This document shows, in pieces, positions 55,760 to 64,000 of a DNA stretch of 64,000 nucleotides. A program made the translations under genes and the position numbers. The stretch comes from a virus. Position 1 is the stretch's first letter, and each line of letters opens with the position of its first letter. The notes below the pieces were generated by a model, which was given only the letters and a program-made list of their open reading frames with translations, made no database searches and was not told the DNA's origin. The stretch is taken from positions 18,134-82,133 of IMG/VR virus record IMGVR_UViG_3300036851_000411; one strand, written 5' to 3'.

Positions 55760-56851
55760 ATGCGGGGTGAGTCAGTGGCCGAACGCAACAGTTACCGGGT
55801 TCGGGATGGACAGGCGGAACGCTTCCGATCATTCGTGGAGGGCGCGATTGAGCGTCATGGTGGCAACGCTCGAGCGGCAGCGGTCGCGTACGTGAGCCAG
55901 CAGCGGATCGGCGCCAAGGCGCGGCCACGCGCGATCGCGGCGGCTCACCAACGACTCTATCATCTCGTGAAAGGGAAGCTCCCGCAGCGCGCTCCCGAGC
56001 AGACCGTGGCCACGCTGCGCTGGCTCGCGCCAGATCTGCCGTGGGAAGACGTGTTGGTCCTGCGGAGCGAGGCGTCAGCCTACGAGTCGACCCTCGCTTG
56101 GCTGACGGCCGAATACGAGAGCACCATCCGCTCTCATGGGACGCTCTGGATAGAGCAGCCCAATGGTGAACTGGTGCCCGTCGGTCCAGTCGACGAGAAC
56201 GGCGATCTAGTTAAGCTGCGCGAGCTCGAGGCGCTGAAGGCCGAAATGCGCGCTCTCTATCCAGAACAATTCGGCCGCCTCGACACTCTCGCTAGGCAGC
56301 GGGGGCACAGCGACCGGCGCCTCGAGCTTGCGCATACCAGGGTCGTGAAGCCCTTGCTCGACGCGAAAGAGACGGGCGGCATCGAGCGGCACTGGCGCAC
56401 GCTGAGTGACGAGGAGCTGGCACGCTTCATCGCGTGCGGCGTGGACCGCGAGCTGATCATGCTTGATCGTCCAGGCGACATGACCGAGGCGCGCAGGTCG
56501 CACGAAGCGCAGCGTTCGGCGGCTTTGGCAGACCTCCAGCGAGCCGATGCGGAGCGGCGGGCGGGACATGCGCGCAAGCGTCAGGCTGCTACAGCTGCAT
56601 GGATCGCCAACGAGAAGCTGACTCCGCGGCCCCGACGCGCGATAGCGGACGAACTCGACGAAGGCCGGGCGTTCGCCGAGGCGGAGCGCGCGAAGTCGAG
56701 ACCTAACGCCGATCGCGCGCCGGAGGCGCAGCCATCGGGACAGCTTGTGCCGCCACCTTTGGCAATCGCTCCACGAGCACGGAAGTCGCAGCGAACCGGA
56801 TCAGCTACGAAGAAGCCATCACGCGGCAACACGCGTCGCCCGAAGGGGTAG
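55760..56851 (+). CDS. hypothetical protein (possible regulator)
   Basis: Divergent from the HTH gene across an AT-rich, operator-like spacer. Confidence 0.55.
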   Translation: MRGESVAERNSYRVRDGQAERFRSFVEGAIERHGGNARAAAVAYVSQQRIGAKARPRAIAAAHQRLYHLVKGKLPQRAPEQTVATLRWLAPDLPWEDVLVLRSEASAYESTLAWLTAEYESTIRSHGTLWIEQPNGELVPVGPVDENGDLVKLRELEALKAEMRALYPEQFGRLDTLARQRGHSDRRLELAHTRVVKPLLDAKETGGIERHWRTLSDEELARFIACGVDRELIMLDRPGDMTEARRSHEAQRSAALADLQRADAERRAGHARKRQAATAAWIANEKLTPRPRRAIADELDEGRAFAEAERAKSRPNADRAPEAQPSGQLVPPPLAIAPRARKSQRTGSATKKPSRGNTRRPKG

Positions 56852-56946
56852 AAGTTCCAGGCAGACCGATCCCACACCTAACGATCTCTAGCCATGACGT
56901 CCTACAACCTGCCTCAGTACGATCGCGGTCCCGGCGCGCTGGCATC
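56842..56946 (+). repeat. Duplicated leader + N-terminal coding segment, copy 1
   Basis: Diverged match to 58115-58221; encodes MTSYNLPQYDRGPGA. Confidence 0.85.
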
Positions 56947-57077
56947 GCGATGGCGACCAACTTTCCGCTGAAGTTTCCAGACGGCCAACGTCTCGGCGAG
57001 GACCAGCTCGACGCGGACATGGCCGGACGACGAACTTCAATCTTGCAGCTGCATCACACCCCTCACGAGCCGTAACC

Positions 57078-58109
57078 ATGGCCCTTCTCTTTTGTGACTC
57101 ATTCGACCACTACTCCACCGCGCAAATGACGCGCAAGTGGAGCACGGTAAGCGGGGCCGCAACGGCCATCGGCGCGTACGGCCGCAATGGGACCAACGGC
57201 TTGCGGGTCGGTCAGTCGGGCAGCGCCGGTAGTGTCACGTGGAACCTGCCGTCGAACGTGGCCACCGTCATCGTGGGCGTCGCCGCGAAGTTCACGCAAC
57301 CGGGGGTCGCCACCGCGTTCTTGTACTTGATGGACGCCGGGACGATTCAGGTCTACCTCCAGTTCAACACCGACGCGTCGATCTCCGTGTACAACGGCAA
57401 CGGCACGCTGCTCGGGACGACCGCGGCGGGCATCCTGCCGTCGTATACGGCGGCCCACAACTACATCGAAGTGAAGGTGTTGTTTCACAACTCCGCGGGC
57501 ACTGTTGAGATTCGGATCAACGGCTCGCCGACCGCGGCGCTATCGCTCACCGGCAAGGACACGACGAACACGGCGAACGCCTACATCACGCAGGTCCAGC
57601 TCATCAACAGCGCGCCCGCCGCGTCGCAGGAGAGCTACTACGACGACTTCTATATCTGCGACACGACCGGGAGTGAGGCCAACAACTTCCTCGGTGACGT
57701 CCGTATCGAATATCTCGCGCCGAGCGGTGCTGGCACGACGACCAACCTGACGCCGACCGCCGGCAGCAATTACCAGTGCGTCGACGACAACCCCGCAAAC
57801 GATGACACGGACTACGTGTCGTCCTCCACCCCCGGCGACAAGGACACCTACGCGATGGGCAACCTCTCATCGACGCTGGGGACGGTCGTCGCGGTCGCCG
57901 TAGTCACGACCGACCGGAAGGACGATGCGGGCACGCGTACGCACTCACATCGCGTTCGACTGAGCGGCACCGAGAGCGTGAGCTCGGCCTTTTCGCCGAC
58001 AACGAGCTACTTGATCCATCAGTCGTTCTTCCACACGAAGCCTGGCGGCGGCGCATGGTCGATCGCTGATGTGAATAGCGTCGAGGCCGGCGTCGAGCTG
58101 ACGACCTAG
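57078..58109 (+). CDS. Virion-structural-like lectin/LamG-type protein
   Basis: MALLFCDSFDHY..YIEVKV..GTVEIRING..DDFYICD, Thr/Ser-rich. Confidence 0.6.
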   Translation: MALLFCDSFDHYSTAQMTRKWSTVSGAATAIGAYGRNGTNGLRVGQSGSAGSVTWNLPSNVATVIVGVAAKFTQPGVATAFLYLMDAGTIQVYLQFNTDASISVYNGNGTLLGTTAAGILPSYTAAHNYIEVKVLFHNSAGTVEIRINGSPTAALSLTGKDTTNTANAYITQVQLINSAPAASQESYYDDFYICDTTGSEANNFLGDVRIEYLAPSGAGTTTNLTPTAGSNYQCVDDNPANDDTDYVSSSTPGDKDTYAMGNLSSTLGTVVAVAVVTTDRKDDAGTRTHSHRVRLSGTESVSSAFSPTTSYLIHQSFFHTKPGGGAWSIADVNSVEAGVELTT

Positions 58110-58114
58110 CCGCT

Positions 58115-58221
58115 GAAGGGGTAGAAATCCCCACGGCAGAACGATCCCACACCTGACGATAGCTACCCATGCCGTCCTACAACCTGCAGCAATACGACCG
58201 CGGGCCGGGCGCGTTCGCATC
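58115..58221 (+). repeat. Duplicated leader + N-terminal coding segment, copy 2
   Basis: Encodes MPSYNLQQYDRGPGA, the start of 58169-59608. Confidence 0.85.
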
Positions 58222-59608
58222 CCTCGTCGGTGGGCTCATCGGCGGCGCGGAGACCGGCTATAGCGCGCGCCGCCGGATGACGACGGACAAGCAGGCCGAC
58301 GCCGACGCCGAGCGGAAGCGTCTGATGGACGCCATCCGGCTGCGCATCGAGCTCGAGGACAAGGGCTACAACCCCGACGATCTCAGTGCCGGCGAGAGCC
58401 CAGCGAAAGAAGGAGGCACGTTCGCTCCGGCCTCGCCGCGCTCGCAGGGCCCGAAGCTCGGGGGGACGCCACCGTTCGTCGACCCCCGCAACTACGGCGA
58501 CGCATCGCCAGAGCTTCCCGGGTTCGCTGGGCTGGATCCGTACCAGGCACCGAAAGCCGAGGAGGTTGCGGACCCGTTCCGGCGATCGACGCAAGACCCC
58601 GGCATGGCGCAGGGCGCGGCGCGTTCGCAAGACCCTCGGTCCCGCGTGGCCGATATTCTGTTTCAGGGCGTCCCGAAGATGCAGCGGGGCGAGTCTGCCG
58701 CCGAGCGGGCTGCGCGTGTGAGCGATGAGCGGATTGGTGCCCGCGAGTCGTCGCGCGATTCCGCGTTCATGGACCGCGAGCGCTACCAGCAGGGGGAGCA
58801 CGGGCGTCGCCAAGGTGAGCAGCTTGGCGCGCAGGAGCGCATGAACGACGCGGACAACCGCGCGAACCTTGACGTCGCGCGGATCAATTCCTCGAGCCGC
58901 TACGACGTCGCTTCACTCCGCGGGCCCAGTGCGGCCGCCGATCCGCAGCAGCGCGCGATGCAGCGCGCATTGGGTCTCGTGAAGGAACGCGTCGGGAGCC
59001 TCGACAAGGCCATCCGCATGGCGCGGGCGACGATCCCGAAGATGACGCCGATGGAGGAGATCTCACCGAGGGATCGCGAAGCGTACGACGAACGTTATGC
59101 CGGCACGACGCAGCGAATCACTGAGCTCGAGGCTCAGCGCGCGGATGTGGAGCGGGTCCGGATGCAGATGATCGATCGGCAGCTGCATGGGATCACCGAA
59201 TTCCGCGATTTGCTCTCGCCGTCCGGCGCCAGGGCGTCGGCTGGCGAGCCTCGGGTCGACATGCGCGGTCGGCCGGTCGGTGGGTCGAGCCCGATGGCCG
59301 CGCCAAGCGATACCGGGAACATCGACCTCCGCAATCTGCCGCCCGGCGGTGCACGTGAGCAGGCGCCGATGGGCGTACGCCGCGCGCCGTCCGAACTTGG
59401 TGGCGGCGGCCGGCCTAACGTCGCGCCAATGATGCCGACACCAGCACCGGGCCAGCCCACCGTGCAGCGGCCAGCGGCGCCGATGCCCCAGGCTGGCGCT
59501 CGTCGTCGTCCTCTCAGTGCGGCCGAGAAGGCCGCCGCCCAGCGAGACCCGGAGTTCGCCGCGTGGTTGCAACAGCGGTACGGTTATTCGGTCGTGGACT
59601 GGAGGTAG
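58169..59608 (+). CDS. Low-complexity coiled-coil protein (ejection/internal virion-like)
   Basis: Gly-rich amphipathic N-terminus, charged helices. Confidence 0.55.
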   Translation: MPSYNLQQYDRGPGAFASLVGGLIGGAETGYSARRRMTTDKQADADAERKRLMDAIRLRIELEDKGYNPDDLSAGESPAKEGGTFAPASPRSQGPKLGGTPPFVDPRNYGDASPELPGFAGLDPYQAPKAEEVADPFRRSTQDPGMAQGAARSQDPRSRVADILFQGVPKMQRGESAAERAARVSDERIGARESSRDSAFMDRERYQQGEHGRRQGEQLGAQERMNDADNRANLDVARINSSSRYDVASLRGPSAAADPQQRAMQRALGLVKERVGSLDKAIRMARATIPKMTPMEEISPRDREAYDERYAGTTQRITELEAQRADVERVRMQMIDRQLHGITEFRDLLSPSGARASAGEPRVDMRGRPVGGSSPMAAPSDTGNIDLRNLPPGGAREQAPMGVRRAPSELGGGGRPNVAPMMPTPAPGQPTVQRPAAPMPQAGARRRPLSAAEKAAAQRDPEFAAWLQQRYGYSVVDWR

Positions 59609-59610
59609 CA

Positions 59611-60039
59611 ATGTCCGACGAGGACTTCATCGCTGACTACAAGCGCCTTCTGCAGGGGCCAGCACGCCGCCGCCAAGGGCGCCACCATGCCACCGACGCC
59701 ACTGAGATGAGTGAGCTGGAGGCCGAGCTCGCGCCCGATCCGAGGACGAGCCCGCACCTCATGTACTGGACGGCAGAAGGCCCACTGGCCAACAGTCTTG
59801 TCGTCGTGCGGAAGGGCTGCAGCAGGAAGTACCTCGGCCACTACGCGAGCACACCGGTCACCGAGGATACCGCCGACAACACGCTCCCGGACTTCGCGAT
59901 CGGCGTCGCGATCGAAGGCTACTACGAGGTTCAGGAACCCGAGGTTGAACGCAACCTTCGATGGGTTCCGATGCCGACGAACCCTCGAGTCGTAGCGCGC
60001 GCGACGGGCAAGCGATCCGATCGCCCACCTCTCGCCTAA
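59611..60039 (+). CDS. hypothetical protein
   Basis: RBS GGAGGT. Confidence 0.55.
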   Translation: MSDEDFIADYKRLLQGPARRRQGRHHATDATEMSELEAELAPDPRTSPHLMYWTAEGPLANSLVVVRKGCSRKYLGHYASTPVTEDTADNTLPDFAIGVAIEGYYEVQEPEVERNLRWVPMPTNPRVVARATGKRSDRPPLA

Positions 60040-60120
60040 CGGCTCTCGAATGCGAATCGCGCCGACCCTGAGTAGGAGTCGGCGCGGTGATCGGCCTCGA
60101 TCTTGGAAACGCAGGTCGAT

Positions 60121-60411
60121 CTACGCCGCCGCTCGGCCTCGGGCCGTCGCGAACGCTGCCACGGCCGGGGCGAAGATCTCGTCGGCGCACGTCGCGTGAA
60201 GGAGTCGTCCGCCGACCGGAACGATCTGGGGATCGGACTCGCGCGTGAAGTCGGTTCCACACCGATGACAGAAACGCTCACCCGCAATGGCCAGCTGTAG
60301 TACGGCGAATGTGCGTTCGCCGTGGCTCGCCCGGGTTGCCGAGAGGAAGGAATTGGCGAGCTGCTGCGCGATGACGGCGTGGGCTGCGACCGCTGTGCGT
60401 GTGGTGGCCAT
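60121..60411 (-). CDS. Zn-binding hypothetical protein
   Basis: CHRCG..HATC; RBS GAGG. Confidence 0.55.
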   Translation of the reverse strand: MATTRTAVAAHAVIAQQLANSFLSATRASHGERTFAVLQLAIAGERFCHRCGTDFTRESDPQIVPVGGRLLHATCADEIFAPAVAAFATARGRAAA

Positions 60412-60667
60412 GGTCAGTTCCTCGATGTTGTCCGGACCAAGCCGCGGCGGTAGTTTCCGACCGCGAGCCCTCTCCGGAGGGTGAGTGATTCGGGGCGTCC
60501 GGTTTCGTTCCTAGGCGAGCACCGGCGCCCCTTTCTCGCGCGTCCATATTACGCGCTAGCGTAACGTGTGTCAATAGTGCCATCTGCCGCAGTTGCAGCG
60601 CTTTACAGGGAGAAATTGAAAAGTATTCATCGCGACTGAATTGACAGGCGTACCGAGTAAGCGTAAC

Positions 60668-60913
60668 ATGACTCGCATGTCACCGCTTTCGATTCGGGTA
60701 CGCGAGCTCCGGGACGCGCGCGGATGGACGCAGCAGCAATTGGCAGACGCGGCCGGCGTTCGCATCGCGACGATCAGTCGGTTGGAGAACCACCATCCGA
60801 CGTCGATCGATCTTCGCGTGCTCGACAAGCTGGCGTCGGCACTGAAGGTTGAGCCGGGCTTCCTGATCGTGCGGGAGCCAGTACCCCGCCGGACGCCGAG
60901 CGCTGGGCGCTGA
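60668..60913 (+). CDS. XRE-family HTH regulator
   Basis: VRELRDARGWTQQQLADAAGVRIATISRLEN. Confidence 0.9.
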   Translation: MTRMSPLSIRVRELRDARGWTQQQLADAAGVRIATISRLENHHPTSIDLRVLDKLASALKVEPGFLIVREPVPRRTPSAGR

Positions 60914-61230
60914 GCGTGTCCGACTGCGATCTGCCCGGACTTGATCACAGACTGATCGAGCTGCGGTCGACGACCTTCGACGTCTCGAGTCAACCCGACA
61001 GTCGACAGGGGTAGGGCAGGGTACCGAGGAGGGTGAATGCCCCCGGGTCACTTGAGAAGGCACTCTGTCGCCCGATTTTTGGGCGTTCTATACGAGACTC
61101 GTTAGGCGCCGTGGTGCCAGAGACGAGCGGCATGCCGGGCCCAGAGCGGTCCTCGCCACTGCGTCGTTGGTTTGATAGCTTCGTGGGCGGATTCTACCCG
61201 TGTCGATGGACCTCAACCCGCGAGCGCACC

Positions 61231-61566
61231 ATGCTACGAGCCGTCCTGGCCGGCGCTGTTGTGTTGTTGCAGGCCTCTGCCCTCACGCCCGACAAGGCGA
61301 AGGATCACGTCGGCGAGCGGGCAACGGTGGTCGGCGTGGTCACGCAAGTGAGCGTGTCGCGCGGCGGGACGACGTTCCTCAACTTCGGCGCCAAGTTCCC
61401 GAACCATGTTTTCACCGCCGTGATCTTCAAGTCGGCCGCCTCGCAGTTCCCCGAACCGCAGCAGTGGGATGGCAAACGAGTCAACGTCTCGGGAGCGATT
61501 CAGCTGTATCGAGGCAAGCCCGAGATCGTGCTCAACACGGCGTCGCAGCTTCGCCTGGTCGAGTGA
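61231..61566 (+). CDS. Secreted OB-fold protein
   Basis: AKDHVGERATVVG..FLNFG..FTAVIF..YRGKPEI. Confidence 0.75.
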   Translation: MLRAVLAGAVVLLQASALTPDKAKDHVGERATVVGVVTQVSVSRGGTTFLNFGAKFPNHVFTAVIFKSAASQFPEPQQWDGKRVNVSGAIQLYRGKPEIVLNTASQLRLVE

Positions 61567-61859
61567 CCAAACGCCCGCGCCCGAAGCCAGCCGGGTTGTC
61601 TGACCGATCCAACGAGACGCTCCGACAAACGGCCCTTGAACGGCTCCGTCCGACGACACCGGTCGATGCGCCAGCGAAGGCAGTTGCAGATCCTCGACCC
61701 GTCGATTGGACCGCCCGATGGTACGCGCTGCTGACGGCTCAGCACGTCCGCGAGCTGATGATCGAATGGCGGGACTACCTTCACCCGATCGAGCAATATC
61801 CGGGAATCGACGAGCCGGCAGCGACAGATGTGCGGCTCGACGACGATGATGGCTCCTGA
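61563..61859 (+). CDS. hypothetical protein
   Basis: GTGA-coupled. Confidence 0.4.
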   Translation: MTKRPRPKPAGLSDRSNETLRQTALERLRPTTPVDAPAKAVADPRPVDWTARWYALLTAQHVRELMIEWRDYLHPIEQYPGIDEPAATDVRLDDDDGS

Positions 61860-61865
61860 CGCTCC

Positions 61866-62363
61866 TCAGGCTCCGCAGAGCCCTCGAATCCAGCCGCGAA
61901 GCTCTGGCGTTGGTGGCCCGTCCGTTCGGGCTGTGCTGACCGTTAGGCGGCCGTAATAGCGCCCTTTGTCGTCGACGATCACCGGCGGGTCCGATGCGTA
62001 GGGATTGCACGCGCTCGAGTCGCCGTATTTCGAGCCATAGTCACCGTACTTGTTGTGCACGCTGCTGGTGCTGTAGGCTGAGCCGAAGTCGCCGTAGGCG
62101 TTGAGGACTGACTCGGTGTCGTATTTCGAGCAGGTCAGGCACCCGAGATAGACCTTATGCCCGCGACCGCCGAAGACCATCATCTTCTCACCGCCCGGCA
62201 GCGTTACACCAGCGGCTTGCGCGCCGGCCGCGTAGCCCTGTGCCACGCTCTGCCAGAACGCCGGGGCGCACCCAGCCACGGCAATCCCGAGGATGCAACT
62301 CGACAACAATCGCTGGATCCTACGGCGCTGCGCGGTACAAATCGATCGGCCAAGCGAGCGCAT
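61866..62363 (-). CDS. Conserved lipoprotein-like protein
   Basis: VAGC lipobox; repeats N.YG.(F/Y)GS.YS; NPYASDPPVIVD. Confidence 0.65.
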   Translation of the reverse strand: MRSLGRSICTAQRRRIQRLLSSCILGIAVAGCAPAFWQSVAQGYAAGAQAAGVTLPGGEKMMVFGGRGHKVYLGCLTCSKYDTESVLNAYGDFGSAYSTSSVHNKYGDYGSKYGDSSACNPYASDPPVIVDDKGRYYGRLTVSTARTDGPPTPELRGWIRGLCGA

Positions 62364-62662
62364 TCAACAAGCCTCACGGCGAAGCGAGCGGAACCAGCGA
62401 TGCCGTCGTCGGCGCTCATCTGTACGCCCGCCTCTCCAACGGCGCAAGGCCACTACGCCGACGTGTCGCATAACGTCGCTCGGTGTCGGCGCGCGTCGCC
62501 ATCCGGGTTCAGCGCTCTATAGTCGTCGTGAACCGGAAGGGTGACTGCGTCGCCAGAGATGGATGATGTCGCGCACGAAGTAATCGCCGTAACGCGTTTT
62601 CGTTGATATGGTTGCAGCGTTCTGTTCACGCGACGTCTTCACGACTATCGGGTGAGCCGGAC

Positions 62663-63247
62663 CTACTGAACCGATGCCGGTGATGGCGACACGATCTCGC
62701 GGCTCGATGCGGCGGCGATCTCGCGAAGCGGCGAGGGATGAATCTCTGGAACGGGTGTGCGAAGTCGCTGCAGCCGCTGGAGACTCTCGATCAACGCATC
62801 GGCGAGCTGACCGCCAGTGAGCTGGGGTCGGTTCTCGGGCGGCGTGATGTCCTTGGTGACATTGACGAAGAAGCCCGCGGCGCGGCCGGCGAGCTCGATC
62901 AGCTTCGCGTCGGCCAACGCATCGCCCTTCTGGCCTCGGTCTCGATAGAACTGCGCGCGCTCGAGACAGAGCTCGATATAGGTCTTCGCCGTGAGGCCAC
63001 CTTCAATCCGGACGCCCATCTTGACCCGTTCGATCGCGGCCTGGCAGTCAGGATCTCTGAGCCAGCGCGCCGCGGTGTCGCGCGCGGTCTTCCGATCGGT
63101 GAGCGTCGGCCGGATGGCCAACATGCTCGCGGCGCGATCGTCGTAGGTCAGCGATGCCGGGTCGGCGAACGCAACGGCGAACCGCTGGTAATCCTGCTCG
63201 AGCTTCGAGGCGGGCTTCTCGGCCTTCTCACTACGCGGCTGACTCAT
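62663..63247 (-). CDS. Terminase small subunit-like protein
   Basis: RKTARDTAARWLRDPDCQAAI..LT....IE..AKLIELAGRAAGFF. Confidence 0.6.
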   Translation of the reverse strand: MSQPRSEKAEKPASKLEQDYQRFAVAFADPASLTYDDRAASMLAIRPTLTDRKTARDTAARWLRDPDCQAAIERVKMGVRIEGGLTAKTYIELCLERAQFYRDRGQKGDALADAKLIELAGRAAGFFVNVTKDITPPENRPQLTGGQLADALIESLQRLQRLRTPVPEIHPSPLREIAAASSREIVSPSPASVQ

Positions 63248-63378
63248 CGCGGAATCACATCCTGTGTGTTCGAATACAGACGCAACTTATGAGCTGAGGC
63301 GAACTTCCGGGCCAATGGTAAGTTAATACGAGCCGGCGACCGGGCACGTTCCTTCCTGTGCGCTGCAATCCGCGAAAC

Positions 63379-63936
63379 ATGGAAATCGAATCGCTTCTCT
63401 GGATGACTGCCTATCACGAGGCCGGGCATGCCGTGGCGGCGTACTGCCATCGACGCGGCGTCGTGAGCGTGTCGATCGTGCCCGATCTCGAAGCCAATCG
63501 CGCAGGCTGTTGCGAGTTCACGCGCCTCGGTTTCATGGACCGCTACTACGTCGGTCCCTTCCGCCTTCCCGATCACGCGGCGGATGTGTGGGAGCGCTGG
63601 GCCCCTCGTGGTCGGGCGCGGTTTCTTCGGACTCAAGGCCTCCATGCGCTGATCGCGCTGGCGGGACCGGCGGCGCAGCTTCGCTACTCGTCGAACGTGG
63701 CGGATACGAACGCCGGGTGGGGAAGTGATATCGACATCGTGACGGAAGCGACTCACTGGCTCTTCCCAAAGTGCCCTGAACTCGTCGAGACGTACCTGCG
63801 CGACATGTCGGCGCGCGCGGCCGAACTGGTCAATGACTCGCGAAACTGGGTGTGCATCGAGCGGCTCGCCGGAGCGCTCATGCGACGGAGAACGCTGAGT
63901 GGTCGCCGGTTGCGGTCCCTGCTCGCGGCGGCCTAA
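63379..63936 (+). CDS. Peptidase M41-like zinc metalloprotease domain
   Basis: TAYHEAGHAVAA, LAGPAA, GSD, IERLAGALMRRRTLSG. Confidence 0.75.
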   Translation: MEIESLLWMTAYHEAGHAVAAYCHRRGVVSVSIVPDLEANRAGCCEFTRLGFMDRYYVGPFRLPDHAADVWERWAPRGRARFLRTQGLHALIALAGPAAQLRYSSNVADTNAGWGSDIDIVTEATHWLFPKCPELVETYLRDMSARAAELVNDSRNWVCIERLAGALMRRRTLSGRRLRSLLAAA

Positions 63937-64000
63937 CGGCGACTCGGAGGAGTTGGCAGGGCGCTGACGCCGGCACTATTGTCGGTTCGCTGAATGATCT

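Larger units (their letters stand above)
50955..64000. mobile_element. PICI-like phage satellite / integrative element, right end outside window
   Basis: int-xis-rep-ssb-HTH cluster, TerS-like gene, TA system; no capsid genes seen. Confidence 0.7.

Overview
High-GC window, probably from a Gemmatimonadota-like host (inferred from protein families and a very frequent GTTAGG/CCTAAC motif). It holds two tandem mobile elements. (1) 1-50954: a 5'-truncated siphovirus-like prophage. It carries a Mom-type DNA-modification gene and an AT-richer control region with an unusual tRNA, a DnaA box and a parS site. It also has a sigma factor, terminase, portal, a five-domain head polyprotein, capsid, tail, lysis genes, morons, a CI/Cro-like switch, a Rad52-like recombinase and a tyrosine integrase. 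It ends at a duplicated 3' half of tRNA-Pro(GGG), the att site. (2) 50955-64000: a PICI-like satellite with MazEF, a related integrase/Xis pair, a Rep with iterons, a PC4-like SSB, a TerS-like gene and virion-like cargo. The most notable observations are: a tRNA with a serine-type body but an AUC (Asp) anticodon; an Acb1-like 2H phosphoesterase/ART-like/MuF/ParB-like/prohead-protease polyprotein with putative Lys cleavage motifs at its domain junctions; a 17-bp palindromic operator found seven times, mostly in promoter spacers; and the satellite beside its probable helper. All family assignments come from motif recognition by eye, not database searches.
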